A stretch of 42,212 nt of DNA, taken from the NCBI GenBank assembly GCA_900313725.1, contig OMSK01000099.1, forward strand, positions 1 through 42,212, written 5' to 3'. The DNA is from an uncultured Bacillota bacterium (lineage in GTDB: Bacteria > Bacillota_I > Bacilli_A > RF39 > UBA660). Shown piece after piece: positions 35,574 to 42,212 of this stretch. Positions within the stretch are counted from its first letter, which is position 1. Every line of letters starts with the position of its first letter. The position numbers and the translations under genes are program-made. Under the pieces are notes generated by a model that saw only the letters and a program-made list of their open reading frames with translations, ran no database searches and was not told the origin of the DNA.

Positions 35574-36502
35574 AAATCCATCCTTTCTTTAAAATTTTTT
35601 TGTAAATCTATATTTTCTTGTCTTCTGGCTACTAGTGGTTTACCTGATTTTAATACAATATTGTATAATACATCTTTATTATATAGTTTAATAAGTTCTT
35701 TACGAGATTTAATTAAAGCATCCATAAGTTTATCATCAAAATCATATTCAGTAAGTGAATATATAAAATCATGTATAAAATCTATCGCTTCTTCATCATA
35801 TTGCCATTTTTTTCTTAATGCTTCTGTTGATACTGGCATATAAGGAATTCTATTTTTGTCTAAAAAATCAGCAACTGTTGGAGCAATGTTTGTAATACAA
35901 TTATATAATTTATTATATCCAATTATATGAACATCTATAGGTAGATATTTTTGAGGCATTTTATCATTTTGTATATCCATAACTATTTCATAAAAATCAT
36001 TTATAGTTTTTATTGGATCCACATCAGATGTAAATACATTATTGGCTTTAAATAATTCAATTAATTCCTTTTTAGCTATAGAAATATCTTTATCTTCAAT
36101 AACAATCCACAAATCCATATCTGGTATCATTGTAACTATTTTTCTTGGCTTTAAATCCGGATGCATATTTTGACATCTTTTACATATTAGTTTTAAATCT
36201 GGCATCATCTTATTATTGTTTTTTAAACATGTTTGACAATACCATGAATCATTTAATTCGTTATACTTGTCTAATAATTCATTATTATACCTTATTTGCT
36301 CTTCAATAATTGGTAATCCATCAGAATTTTTTATAAAAGCATAAAAAGGATATCCTACGCCAAAAAATCCTTTGTACCCGGACACCTTTCTTGCTATATC
36401 ATTAAAAACATAAATATTCTTAAGCAAATACTCTTTTTTAATTTTAGTATTATTTTTTTCAAATATAGTAGACGATTCTACAACCCTTTTTATAATATCC
36501 AT
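35558..36502 (-). CDS. Hypothetical protein with a CxxC-x14-CxxC zinc ribbon; possible nucleotidyltransferase-like fold
   Basis: CQTC...CKRC zinc-ribbon motif. Downstream acidic strands IPDMDLWIVIED and LPIDVHIIG are reminiscent of the DxD plus third carboxylate of Pol-beta NTases, but no properly spaced G[SG] motif is present. The start is set at the ATG at 36502 (RBS AGGTGA). It overlaps the PHP gene by 16 nt. Confidence refers to the CDS call; the fold assignment is speculative. Confidence 0.6.
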   Translation of the reverse strand: MDIIKRVVESSTIFEKNNTKIKKEYLLKNIYVFNDIARKVSGYKGFFGVGYPFYAFIKNSDGLPIIEEQIRYNNELLDKYNELNDSWYCQTCLKNNNKMMPDLKLICKRCQNMHPDLKPRKIVTMIPDMDLWIVIEDKDISIAKKELIELFKANNVFTSDVDPIKTINDFYEIVMDIQNDKMPQKYLPIDVHIIGYNKLYNCITNIAPTVADFLDKNRIPYMPVSTEALRKKWQYDEEAIDFIHDFIYSLTEYDFDDKLMDALIKSRKELIKLYNKDVLYNIVLKSGKPLVARRQENIDLQKNFKERMDLWEQL

Positions 36503-36599
36503 ATATTTCACCTAGACTATGTTTAGTATAACATAATATAGTTTTTTAGTAAATAATATTATATTTTAAATATCCTTATTTATAAAGCAAGTTTAATAA

Positions 36600-38222
36600 C
36601 TACTTTTTCTTTTCTTTATAATTAGTATAATTACCTAAATACTTAGTCATTTTATGATTATCTATTTCATAGATAGATTTGGCTACCTTATCTATAAAAT
36701 ATCTATCATGTGATATAAATAGTACTGTTCCATCATATTCTTTTAAAGCTTCTTCTAACATCTCTCTTGTATCAATATCTATATGGTTGGTAGGTTCATC
36801 TAGTATTAAGAAATTATTTTTTTGTTCTATTAATTCAAGTAGTTTTAATCTAACTTTTTCTCCACCTGATAGTGTTCCTACTCTCTTATAAATATCATCT
36901 TCAAAGAAGAAGAATTTAGTAAGAAGTGCCCTTAACTTATATTCTTCACCTACATAGTATTTTCTTACTGTATCAAATATAGTTAGTGATTCATCATCAA
37001 ATTTAATCTCTTGTGGTAGATAACCTATTTTAACATTACTACCTATTTTAATATCACCACTATAATCAATATCACTAATATTTAGTATTTCTTTTATTAA
37101 TGTAGATTTACCCGTACCATTCTTACCCATTAAACAAGTTTTATCTTGATAGTTAAGTACCATATCTGCATTATCTAATAATATTTTATCTTTAATACTA
37201 ATTGATATATTATTTATTTTAAGTACATCATTACCAGATCTATCTTCTATTTTAAATTTTAAAGGTAATTCTTTTTTTTCATCTGGTTTATCTAATTCTT
37301 CTATTTTATCCAATCTTTTTTGAATACTTGCTGCTCTTTTAAAGAACATTCCTCCTTCAGGAGCAGCTCTTCTACCAAATTCTTGTAGTTGTTTTATTTT
37401 TTCTTTCATAGCTTTTATTAATTTTTGTTGATCTTTATATGCTTCAAATTCTGCAAGTAGTCTTCTTTCATTTTCTTTCATATAGTATGAATAATTACCA
37501 TGAAATACTTCTGCTTTTCCTTTATTAATTAATATTGTTTTATTAGTTACTCTATCTAAAAAATATCTATCATGTGAACTTATTAATATAGATCCTCTAT
37601 AATTTTTTAAATAATCTTCTAGCCATTCTAATGTATCGATATCTAAATGGTTAGTAGGTTCATCTAGTAAAAGTATTGTTGGTTCAATTAATATTAAAGC
37701 TGCAAAATTAACAATGGTTTTTTCTCCACCTGATAAAGTATTATATATTCTATCAAGTAAACCTGTTATCTTAAATCCATCACATACTTTTAAAATATCT
37801 GTTTCTACTTTATATCCACCAATATTTTCAAATTCTTCCTGTAGATTACATAATTTTTTTATTAATTTTTCTAATTCATTTTCTTTACATTTAGTTAACT
37901 TTTCCTCTACACTTTTAATTCTTTTTTCCAATTCATAAACATGTTTTTTAGAATCTTTTATAATATCTATTACTTTGGTATCATCACTATATACCATAGG
38001 CATTTGTGATAATGTTCCTATAGTTGCATCTTTTCTAATAGATACAGTACCACTATTAATACTTTCCTCTCCAGTTATTATTTTAAATAAAGTGGTTTTA
38101 CCTGATCCATTAGGTCCAATTAAAGCAACTCTTTCTCTAGTTTTAAGTTCTAAATCAAATTCATTTAGTACATTCTTAAAACCATAGTTTTTAACTACTT
38201 TATTTATATTTAATTCTATCAT
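36600..38222 (-). CDS. ABC-F family ATPase (two NBDs, no TMD)
   Basis: Walker A GPNGSGKTT and GKNGTGKST. Two LSGGEK signatures. Walker B LLLDEPTNHLD and LILDEPTNHID. The inter-NBD linker ..QLQEFGRRAAPEGGMFFKRAASIQKRL lacks the housekeeping-type ..AKQAQSR.. pattern I remember. Confidence 0.92.
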   Translation of the reverse strand: MIELNINKVVKNYGFKNVLNEFDLELKTRERVALIGPNGSGKTTLFKIITGEESINSGTVSIRKDATIGTLSQMPMVYSDDTKVIDIIKDSKKHVYELEKRIKSVEEKLTKCKENELEKLIKKLCNLQEEFENIGGYKVETDILKVCDGFKITGLLDRIYNTLSGGEKTIVNFAALILIEPTILLLDEPTNHLDIDTLEWLEDYLKNYRGSILISSHDRYFLDRVTNKTILINKGKAEVFHGNYSYYMKENERRLLAEFEAYKDQQKLIKAMKEKIKQLQEFGRRAAPEGGMFFKRAASIQKRLDKIEELDKPDEKKELPLKFKIEDRSGNDVLKINNISISIKDKILLDNADMVLNYQDKTCLMGKNGTGKSTLIKEILNISDIDYSGDIKIGSNVKIGYLPQEIKFDDESLTIFDTVRKYYVGEEYKLRALLTKFFFFEDDIYKRVGTLSGGEKVRLKLLELIEQKNNFLILDEPTNHIDIDTREMLEEALKEYDGTVLFISHDRYFIDKVAKSIYEIDNHKMTKYLGNYTNYKEKKK

Positions 38223-38248
38223 GTTGTCACCCCTATTCTTATGTTTAA

Positions 38249-38740
38249 TTATTTATTTAAATATTTTTTACATTTTATAAAGAAAGCCATTTGGTTTTCA
38301 TTTAATTCCTTTTTATTAACCATATCTTCTAATTCTTCCATAGAAAACCATCTTACTTCTGTTAGTTCTTCTTTTTGAATATTTAATTTATCTATATCTA
38401 AATCTAATTTAGTATAGTACATTCTATAACAATCTACTAAATCACATCCAGAGTCAAATAGAATTATTTCATTATTAGAAATATCTATTCCTAATTCTTC
38501 TTTTACTTCTGTAATTATTCCTTCATCTGGTGTTTCACCTGATTTTGGATGACCACCAGTTACTCCCCAGTCTCCTCCTTTAGAAGGGACTCTTTTTTGC
38601 ATTAGAAATTCACCTTTACTATTTTCAATAGCAATCATAACTACCATTGGATAATAACCATCTGGTATTTTATCACCTTTATAGTAAGTTAAATCAGTTT
38701 TATTACTATCTTTATCATATAAGTCTCTTAATTCTCTCAT
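38249..38740 (-). CDS. NUDIX hydrolase
   Basis: NUDIX box GGHPKSGETPDEGIITEVKEELGI. ATGA overlap with the upstream GNAT-ASCH gene. Confidence 0.9.
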   Translation of the reverse strand: MRELRDLYDKDSNKTDLTYYKGDKIPDGYYPMVVMIAIENSKGEFLMQKRVPSKGGDWGVTGGHPKSGETPDEGIITEVKEELGIDISNNEIILFDSGCDLVDCYRMYYTKLDLDIDKLNIQKEELTEVRWFSMEELEDMVNKKELNENQMAFFIKCKKYLNK

Positions 38741-39567
38741 ATTATCACCTCAAATATTTCAAATATTACTTTAGTATTATCATTAAAATTAGGATCAATT
38801 TGTTTAAAAAATTCATTATGTACTTTTTTATAATATTCTAAACTTCTATTTTCTTCTCCTTCTAAGTAAGCTAAATCTTTATTTATATTTTTAAATTCAG
38901 TTACTATTACATCAGTAGTTCTAATCATACAAGCATCAGTATTATCATCATACATAATAATTGATTCATCACCTATTTTAGAAATATTATCACTTAGTAG
39001 TGATGTAGTAGCAGTTTTTTTACCAGACAATATTAATTCTATTAATTTATTATTATCCATACCAAACTTCCATCTTTCAATATCTTTAACATATACTGAT
39101 ATTATTTCTTTATTACCTATTGTATCATTACCTTCATAATCATATAGTTTTTTAAATCCACATTTAGTATAACATCTAATAGCTCTTTCATTTCTTTTAA
39201 ATGGTCTAAGTACTATTAAATCTGCATGCAATTCAAAGAATATTTTTCTATTTATTAGATTAATTACTTCACTACCTATTCCTTTATTTAATAGATTTTC
39301 TCCTATAAATAAATCATATTCATAAATATTTTTGTAATTATCTATCTTGCCATCATATTTATATATTTGAATTAATCCAATAGGAATATTTTCATATTCA
39401 ATAATTAATACTTCTTGTTTACCTATTTTATTTTTATATTTATTAACGATTTCATCATAAGATAATATTCTTTGTTCAAACCATTCATATACTTGTCTTT
39501 TACTACACCAATTATATATTAATTTATAATCTTCTTCACTATCAATTAAATTTCTAAAACTTATCAT
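38737..39567 (-). CDS. AAC(6')-Ie-like GNAT acetyltransferase fused to an ASCH domain
   Basis: LIIEYENIPIGLIQIYK, FIGENLLNKGIGSEVINL and VLRPFKRNERAIRCYTKCGF parallel the IIEYNNVPIGYGQIYK / FIGEPNYWSKGIGTRYI / [20 protein letters not shown] segments of AAC(6')-Ie as I recall them. The C-terminal ~110 aa begin LILSGKKTATTS, typical of ASCH. Confidence 0.75.
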   Translation of the reverse strand: MISFRNLIDSEEDYKLIYNWCSKRQVYEWFEQRILSYDEIVNKYKNKIGKQEVLIIEYENIPIGLIQIYKYDGKIDNYKNIYEYDLFIGENLLNKGIGSEVINLINRKIFFELHADLIVLRPFKRNERAIRCYTKCGFKKLYDYEGNDTIGNKEIISVYVKDIERWKFGMDNNKLIELILSGKKTATTSLLSDNISKIGDESIIMYDDNTDACMIRTTDVIVTEFKNINKDLAYLEGEENRSLEYYKKVHNEFFKQIDPNFNDNTKVIFEIFEVII

Positions 39568-39568
39568 A

Positions 39569-40081
39569 TTAACCTCTCGTTTTTATTCTAACTACTACTC
39601 CATCAACTTGCTTTTCAAATTTATTCCATGTTTTTTCTTCAATAATTTCAAATCCTACAGATAGAAATAAATCTAATGTTCCTTCTCTATATTTTTCAAA
39701 AGTATCATATAAATATTCTATATTATTTTTATAAGCTTCTTTAACTAGTAAATTTAAGGCTTCTTTAGAATATCCAAGACCTCTATATTTTGCTTCTATT
39801 AGTATTCCACAATCATATCTATCTTCAGATTTATCATATTGATAATTAACATATCCAACGTATTTATCATTCACTTTTATATAAGCAAAATATCTATTTT
39901 CACTTATTCTTTTTTGATATGTCTTTTCCCATTTAGATTCTGGAAAATCAATACAACCTGTATCATAATGGTATCCCTCATATGATACATCATATCCAGC
40001 ATTATAACTCATTGTATTTGGATCTTCTTCTAACTGTTTTTCATAATAATACTCTTCTAATTTAGGTACTACTAATTCCAT
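39569..40081 (-). CDS. GNAT-family N-acetyltransferase
   Basis: GILIEAKYRGLGYSKEALNLLVKEA (acetyl-CoA motif A, R/QxxGxG/A pattern). The start at 40081 has RBS AAGAAGGTG. Confidence 0.8.
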   Translation of the reverse strand: MELVVPKLEEYYYEKQLEEDPNTMSYNAGYDVSYEGYHYDTGCIDFPESKWEKTYQKRISENRYFAYIKVNDKYVGYVNYQYDKSEDRYDCGILIEAKYRGLGYSKEALNLLVKEAYKNNIEYLYDTFEKYREGTLDLFLSVGFEIIEEKTWNKFEKQVDGVVVRIKTRG

Positions 40082-40083
40082 AT

Positions 40084-40566
40084 TTACACCTTCTTTATCA
40101 TATCTATACATCTAGAGTGATAATTACCCTTTGTATAGAAATCTATTGCATGTTTATTATAAGCAAATACTTCTATATTTATATATTCACATCCAATATT
40201 TTTTAAATATTCCTCCATTATAATCAAAAGATTTTTTCCAACTCCTTTTGATCTAGTATTTTTAGTTACTATTAATTCAGTTATTCTTCCTTTTCTAGGA
40301 CATTTATAATCTAAATAATCTTCTTCTTCATATTTAACTACTAATCCCATTATTAAACCTATAGCTTTATCATTTTCAATTGCTATATAACATTTACCTT
40401 CATTTTCTTCTACTTCTTTTAAATCAATATCTAACATTAATTCTCTATAATCTTTACCTACTTGGTCTAAATGATCTTCATCTATTGATACAATATATTC
40501 TTCTAGTTCTACAAGTAAGTCTTTACAATCTTCTTTATATTTTTCATTATATTCTATTATTTCCAT
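40084..40566 (-). CDS. GNAT-family N-acetyltransferase
   Basis: ELIVTKNTRSKGVGKNLL motif A and VFAYNKHAIDFYTKGNY motif B. Confidence 0.85.
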   Translation of the reverse strand: MEIIEYNEKYKEDCKDLLVELEEYIVSIDEDHLDQVGKDYRELMLDIDLKEVEENEGKCYIAIENDKAIGLIMGLVVKYEEEDYLDYKCPRKGRITELIVTKNTRSKGVGKNLLIIMEEYLKNIGCEYINIEVFAYNKHAIDFYTKGNYHSRCIDMIKKV

Positions 40567-41096
40567 TTAATCTCCTCTAAGTTATTTATATAATTATTAA
40601 ATTCTTTAAATGATATATTAGGTTCCACTTCATAAAATTCCGTTACTGGTCTAGGTGTTCCACCGGATAATTCTACATAATAATTATTTATTTTATTTAT
40701 AGCTTCTTCTAACGTTTTAAACTCATATATACCTATTCTATCTGGATTTGGATGTTCTATTTGATATACTTTATCATTTAAATAATATAGTACAAAACAA
40801 TGCATATGTTCTTCGTCTTCTACATCATTAAAATCATTTGGTTCATATATTCTTGTACAAAACATTTTATTTTCTATATTTAATTTATCAAGTAAATAAT
40901 GCATTAAATATACTTGTTCTATACATGTACCTATTTTATGTTCTAATGTTTGTTCTATTGAAGAAGTTCTATATAATTTTCTAAAGTTTTTTAATTCATT
41001 AATATGTTCATTATTATCTATATCCAACCATCCATATTTTATATTATCCATGAATAATAAGATATCTTTTGGAGTTTTAATATCTTCTATTTTCAT
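40557..41096 (-). CDS. Hypothetical protein, possibly a transglutaminase-like cysteine peptidase fold
   Basis: The GTCIEQVYLMHYLL ... HMHCFVLYY ... QIEH spacing resembles the Cys-His-Asp/Glu core of the transglutaminase-like superfamily. Weak call. Confidence 0.4.
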   Translation of the reverse strand: MKIEDIKTPKDILLFMDNIKYGWLDIDNNEHINELKNFRKLYRTSSIEQTLEHKIGTCIEQVYLMHYLLDKLNIENKMFCTRIYEPNDFNDVEDEEHMHCFVLYYLNDKVYQIEHPNPDRIGIYEFKTLEEAINKINNYYVELSGGTPRPVTEFYEVEPNISFKEFNNYINNLEEIKWK

Positions 41097-41098
41097 AA

Positions 41099-41569
41099 TT
41101 ACCTCTCAAATACAAACACATCTTCCAAATCTGTAAATGTGTATGTTTTATAATTATTATTTGTATATTCTTTTATAATATTTCTCCAAAAATTATATGC
41201 TATATTATTATTATCCATAGGTTGTACTTCCCAATTTTTATGAAGATTAAAAGCTTTATAAGCTGCTTCTTTTCCTATATGATTTCTTCTATATTGTGGT
41301 AATACTAAAAATTCAGCTATACAGTATCCTTCTTTTAATACTTTTAGATGTTGATTTATCATTACAAATCCCGCTATTTTATTATCATATTTTATAAAAT
41401 AAACTTCTCTTGTTTTATCCGTAAAATAATTATTAAACCATTTATAATCAAATAGACATTCATCATTTATAATATTATCAATGTAAAAACTTCCATCATA
41501 TAGAGCAAATTGTAATAAATTGTATAACTTATCTTTATCTTCTATTTTTACTTTTTCTAATTTTATCAT
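41099..41569 (-). CDS. GNAT-family N-acetyltransferase
   Basis: EFLVLPQYRRNHIGKEAAYKAF motif A; 156 aa. RBS AGGAGG. Confidence 0.75.
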   Translation of the reverse strand: MIKLEKVKIEDKDKLYNLLQFALYDGSFYIDNIINDECLFDYKWFNNYFTDKTREVYFIKYDNKIAGFVMINQHLKVLKEGYCIAEFLVLPQYRRNHIGKEAAYKAFNLHKNWEVQPMDNNNIAYNFWRNIIKEYTNNNYKTYTFTDLEDVFVFER

Positions 41570-41591
41570 ATTATTCCTCCTATTTATTCTA

Positions 41592-41620
41592 CAAAAAAAG
41601 CTCTCAATATATAGAGAGCT
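41592..41620 (-). terminator. Intrinsic terminator between a small ORF and the first GNAT gene (candidate attenuator)
   Basis: Minus RNA AGCUCUC-UAUAUAUU-GAGAGCU followed by U7. It ends about 22 nt before the GNAT start. Confidence 0.6.
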
Positions 41621-41639
41621 ATCTTAAAAATTTCAAAAA

Positions 41640-41705
41640 CTAGTTTGAAGGCGTGATGAACTTTCTATATATTTTTTGTAAATTATTTAATTGTCTCATA
41701 TTCAT
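41640..41705 (-). CDS. Candidate leader peptide MNMRQLNNLQKIYRKFITPSN (21 aa, or 19 aa from the second ATG at 41699)
   Basis: RBS AAAGGAG lies 4 nt before the first ATG and 10 nt before the second. It sits between a near-consensus promoter and the terminator. GUGAUGAA at the start codon is complementary to UUCAUCAC at codons 16-18. Confidence 0.35.
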   Translation of the reverse strand: MNMRQLNNLQKIYRKFITPSN

Positions 41706-41728
41706 CACACTCCTTTCTTTCTAATAGG

Positions 41729-41758
41729 AGTATATCATTTTATAAATTATTTTGTCAA
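41729..41758 (-). promoter_or_regulatory. Candidate sigma-A promoter for the leader ORF / GNAT operon
   Basis: Minus strand TTGACA-18 nt-TATACT with TGa immediately upstream (extended -10). Confidence 0.5.
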
Positions 41759-41765
41759 TAATTTT

Positions 41766-42212
41766 TTAATATTTAGATAAATCACCTACTGTATCAAGTA
41801 GTAATATTATTTCTTTTGCGACTGCAGTAGATAATTCTTCATACTTAGAATGTAACTTATTATATTCAGAACTATCTATAATAGTTTGTCTTAGTTCATC
41901 TACTTTAATATATCTTAAATCAAAATCACCTATTACCTCATCATCTGTATAATTAGTATTATCTCTATTAGGTAATTCATTTGTATGAATAACATAATAA
42001 TATATTAATAATTTTTTAGATTCTTCTTTTTTATATTTAGTATATAAAGAAATTGGTTCTATATCTTTTAATTCCATTTCTATTCCTGCTTCTTCTTTTA
42101 TTTCTCTAGAAAGGGTTACTAAAAGATCTTCATTATTTTCAACATGACCACCAATAAATTGATATGTATCATATGAATGACCCATTAATATTTCATTATT
42201 ATCATTTATAAG
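41766..42212 (-). CDS. NUDIX hydrolase, 5'-partial (reading frame stays open to the window end)
   Basis: NUDIX box GGHVENNEDLLVTLSREIKEEAGI. Only 11 aa precede it from the track's Met, and the frame upstream (LINDNNEIL) has no stop before position 42212, so the true start is probably outside the window. Confidence 0.85.
   Translation of the reverse strand, partial: LINDNNEILMGHSYDTYQFIGGHVENNEDLLVTLSREIKEEAGIEMELKDIEPISLYTKYKKEESKKLLIYYYVIHTNELPNRDNTNYTDDEVIGDFDLRYIKVDELRQTIIDSSEYNKLHSKYEELSTAVAKEIILLLDTVGDLSKY

Noticed and set aside
3382-40580. All plus-strand ORF-track entries other than 32114-33595 and 33777-34667 (e.g. 3382-3582, 5241-5543, 9775-10224, 15016-15225, 16797-17030, 17206-17388, 17763-17957, 18010-18225, 18666-18914, 27902-28153, 30394-31145, 35544-35843, 36679-38187, 38647-38841, 40380-40580)
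   Set aside because: Each lies antisense within a longer minus-strand gene that has clear family motifs. Their translations are low-complexity Ser/Leu/Phe/Ile-rich, as expected for the reverse complement of AT-rich coding DNA. None has a convincing RBS.
1-42212. An alternative genetic code (UGA=Trp, Mollicutes-like), suggested by the extreme AT content
   Set aside because: Trp is encoded by TGG throughout. TGA serves as the stop in the ATGA overlaps mreC/mreD (2922-2925) and GNAT-ASCH/NUDIX (38737-38740), at protein ends of normal length.
1-42212. CRISPR arrays, IS elements, prophage or integrative elements
   Set aside because: - No regularly spaced repeats of 25 nt or more were seen.
- No transposase, integrase or recombinase motif was seen in any frame.
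- RhuM-like genes often ride on mobile elements, but no flanking phage or integrase genes, tRNA attachment site or direct repeats were seen.

Overview
The window is extremely AT-rich (about 20-25% GC by eye, not computed). Gene content points to a low-GC Bacillota chromosome: a pro-L27 N-terminal extension with the Prp protease, a T-box leader, SpoIVFA/FB-like genes and standard code 11. TGA acts as a stop in two ATGA overlaps. About 40 of 42 genes are on the minus strand; only a Sel1-repeat gene and a LysR gene are on the plus strand.

Genes in map order:
- (1) A conserved housekeeping block: rpmA-prp-rplU, an M50/M23 pair, mreD-mreC, radC, a SPOR-like gene and proS with a T-box leader.
- (2) A small accessory patch: two unknown proteins and a RhuM-N/Doc-type Fic fusion.
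- (3) An orphan hybrid histidine kinase (2 REC + HPt), an ANL adenylating enzyme and an AIG1/Pr6Pr-like membrane protein.
- (4) Cluster A (14616-20809): a tightly overlapping six-gene operon with 2 GT2, 4 kinase domains, 2 NUDIX and a Pol-beta NTase.
- (5) A phosphoesterase, an M20 peptidase-trpS operon, then NUDIX, ITPase, CYTH and HelD genes.
- (6) Cluster B (28218-31960): a GT4 fused to an APH-like kinase, a guanylate-kinase-like gene and an ATP-grasp gene.
- (7) The Sel1 and LysR genes.
- (8) A long minus-strand run: four GNATs (one AAC(6')-Ie-like fused to ASCH), a transglutaminase-like protein, NUDIX, ABC-F, a zinc-ribbon protein and a PHP phosphoesterase.

Most interesting observations:
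- Clusters A and B are parallel glycosyltransferase/kinase/NUDIX loci. They lack every usual polysaccharide-export component, so they are candidates for an undescribed cytosolic glyco-phospho(nucleotide) pathway.
- Three operons (cluster A, M20-trpS, GNAT/ABC-F) are each preceded by a short RBS-bearing leader ORF plus an intrinsic terminator too close to the first gene to leave room for a promoter.
- The trpS leader has a Trp codon and a complete relay of alternative hairpins, and it lacks a T-box.

I recognised no rRNA, tRNA, CRISPR array, transposase or integrase. All functional calls come from motif recognition by eye and need HMM or structure confirmation.
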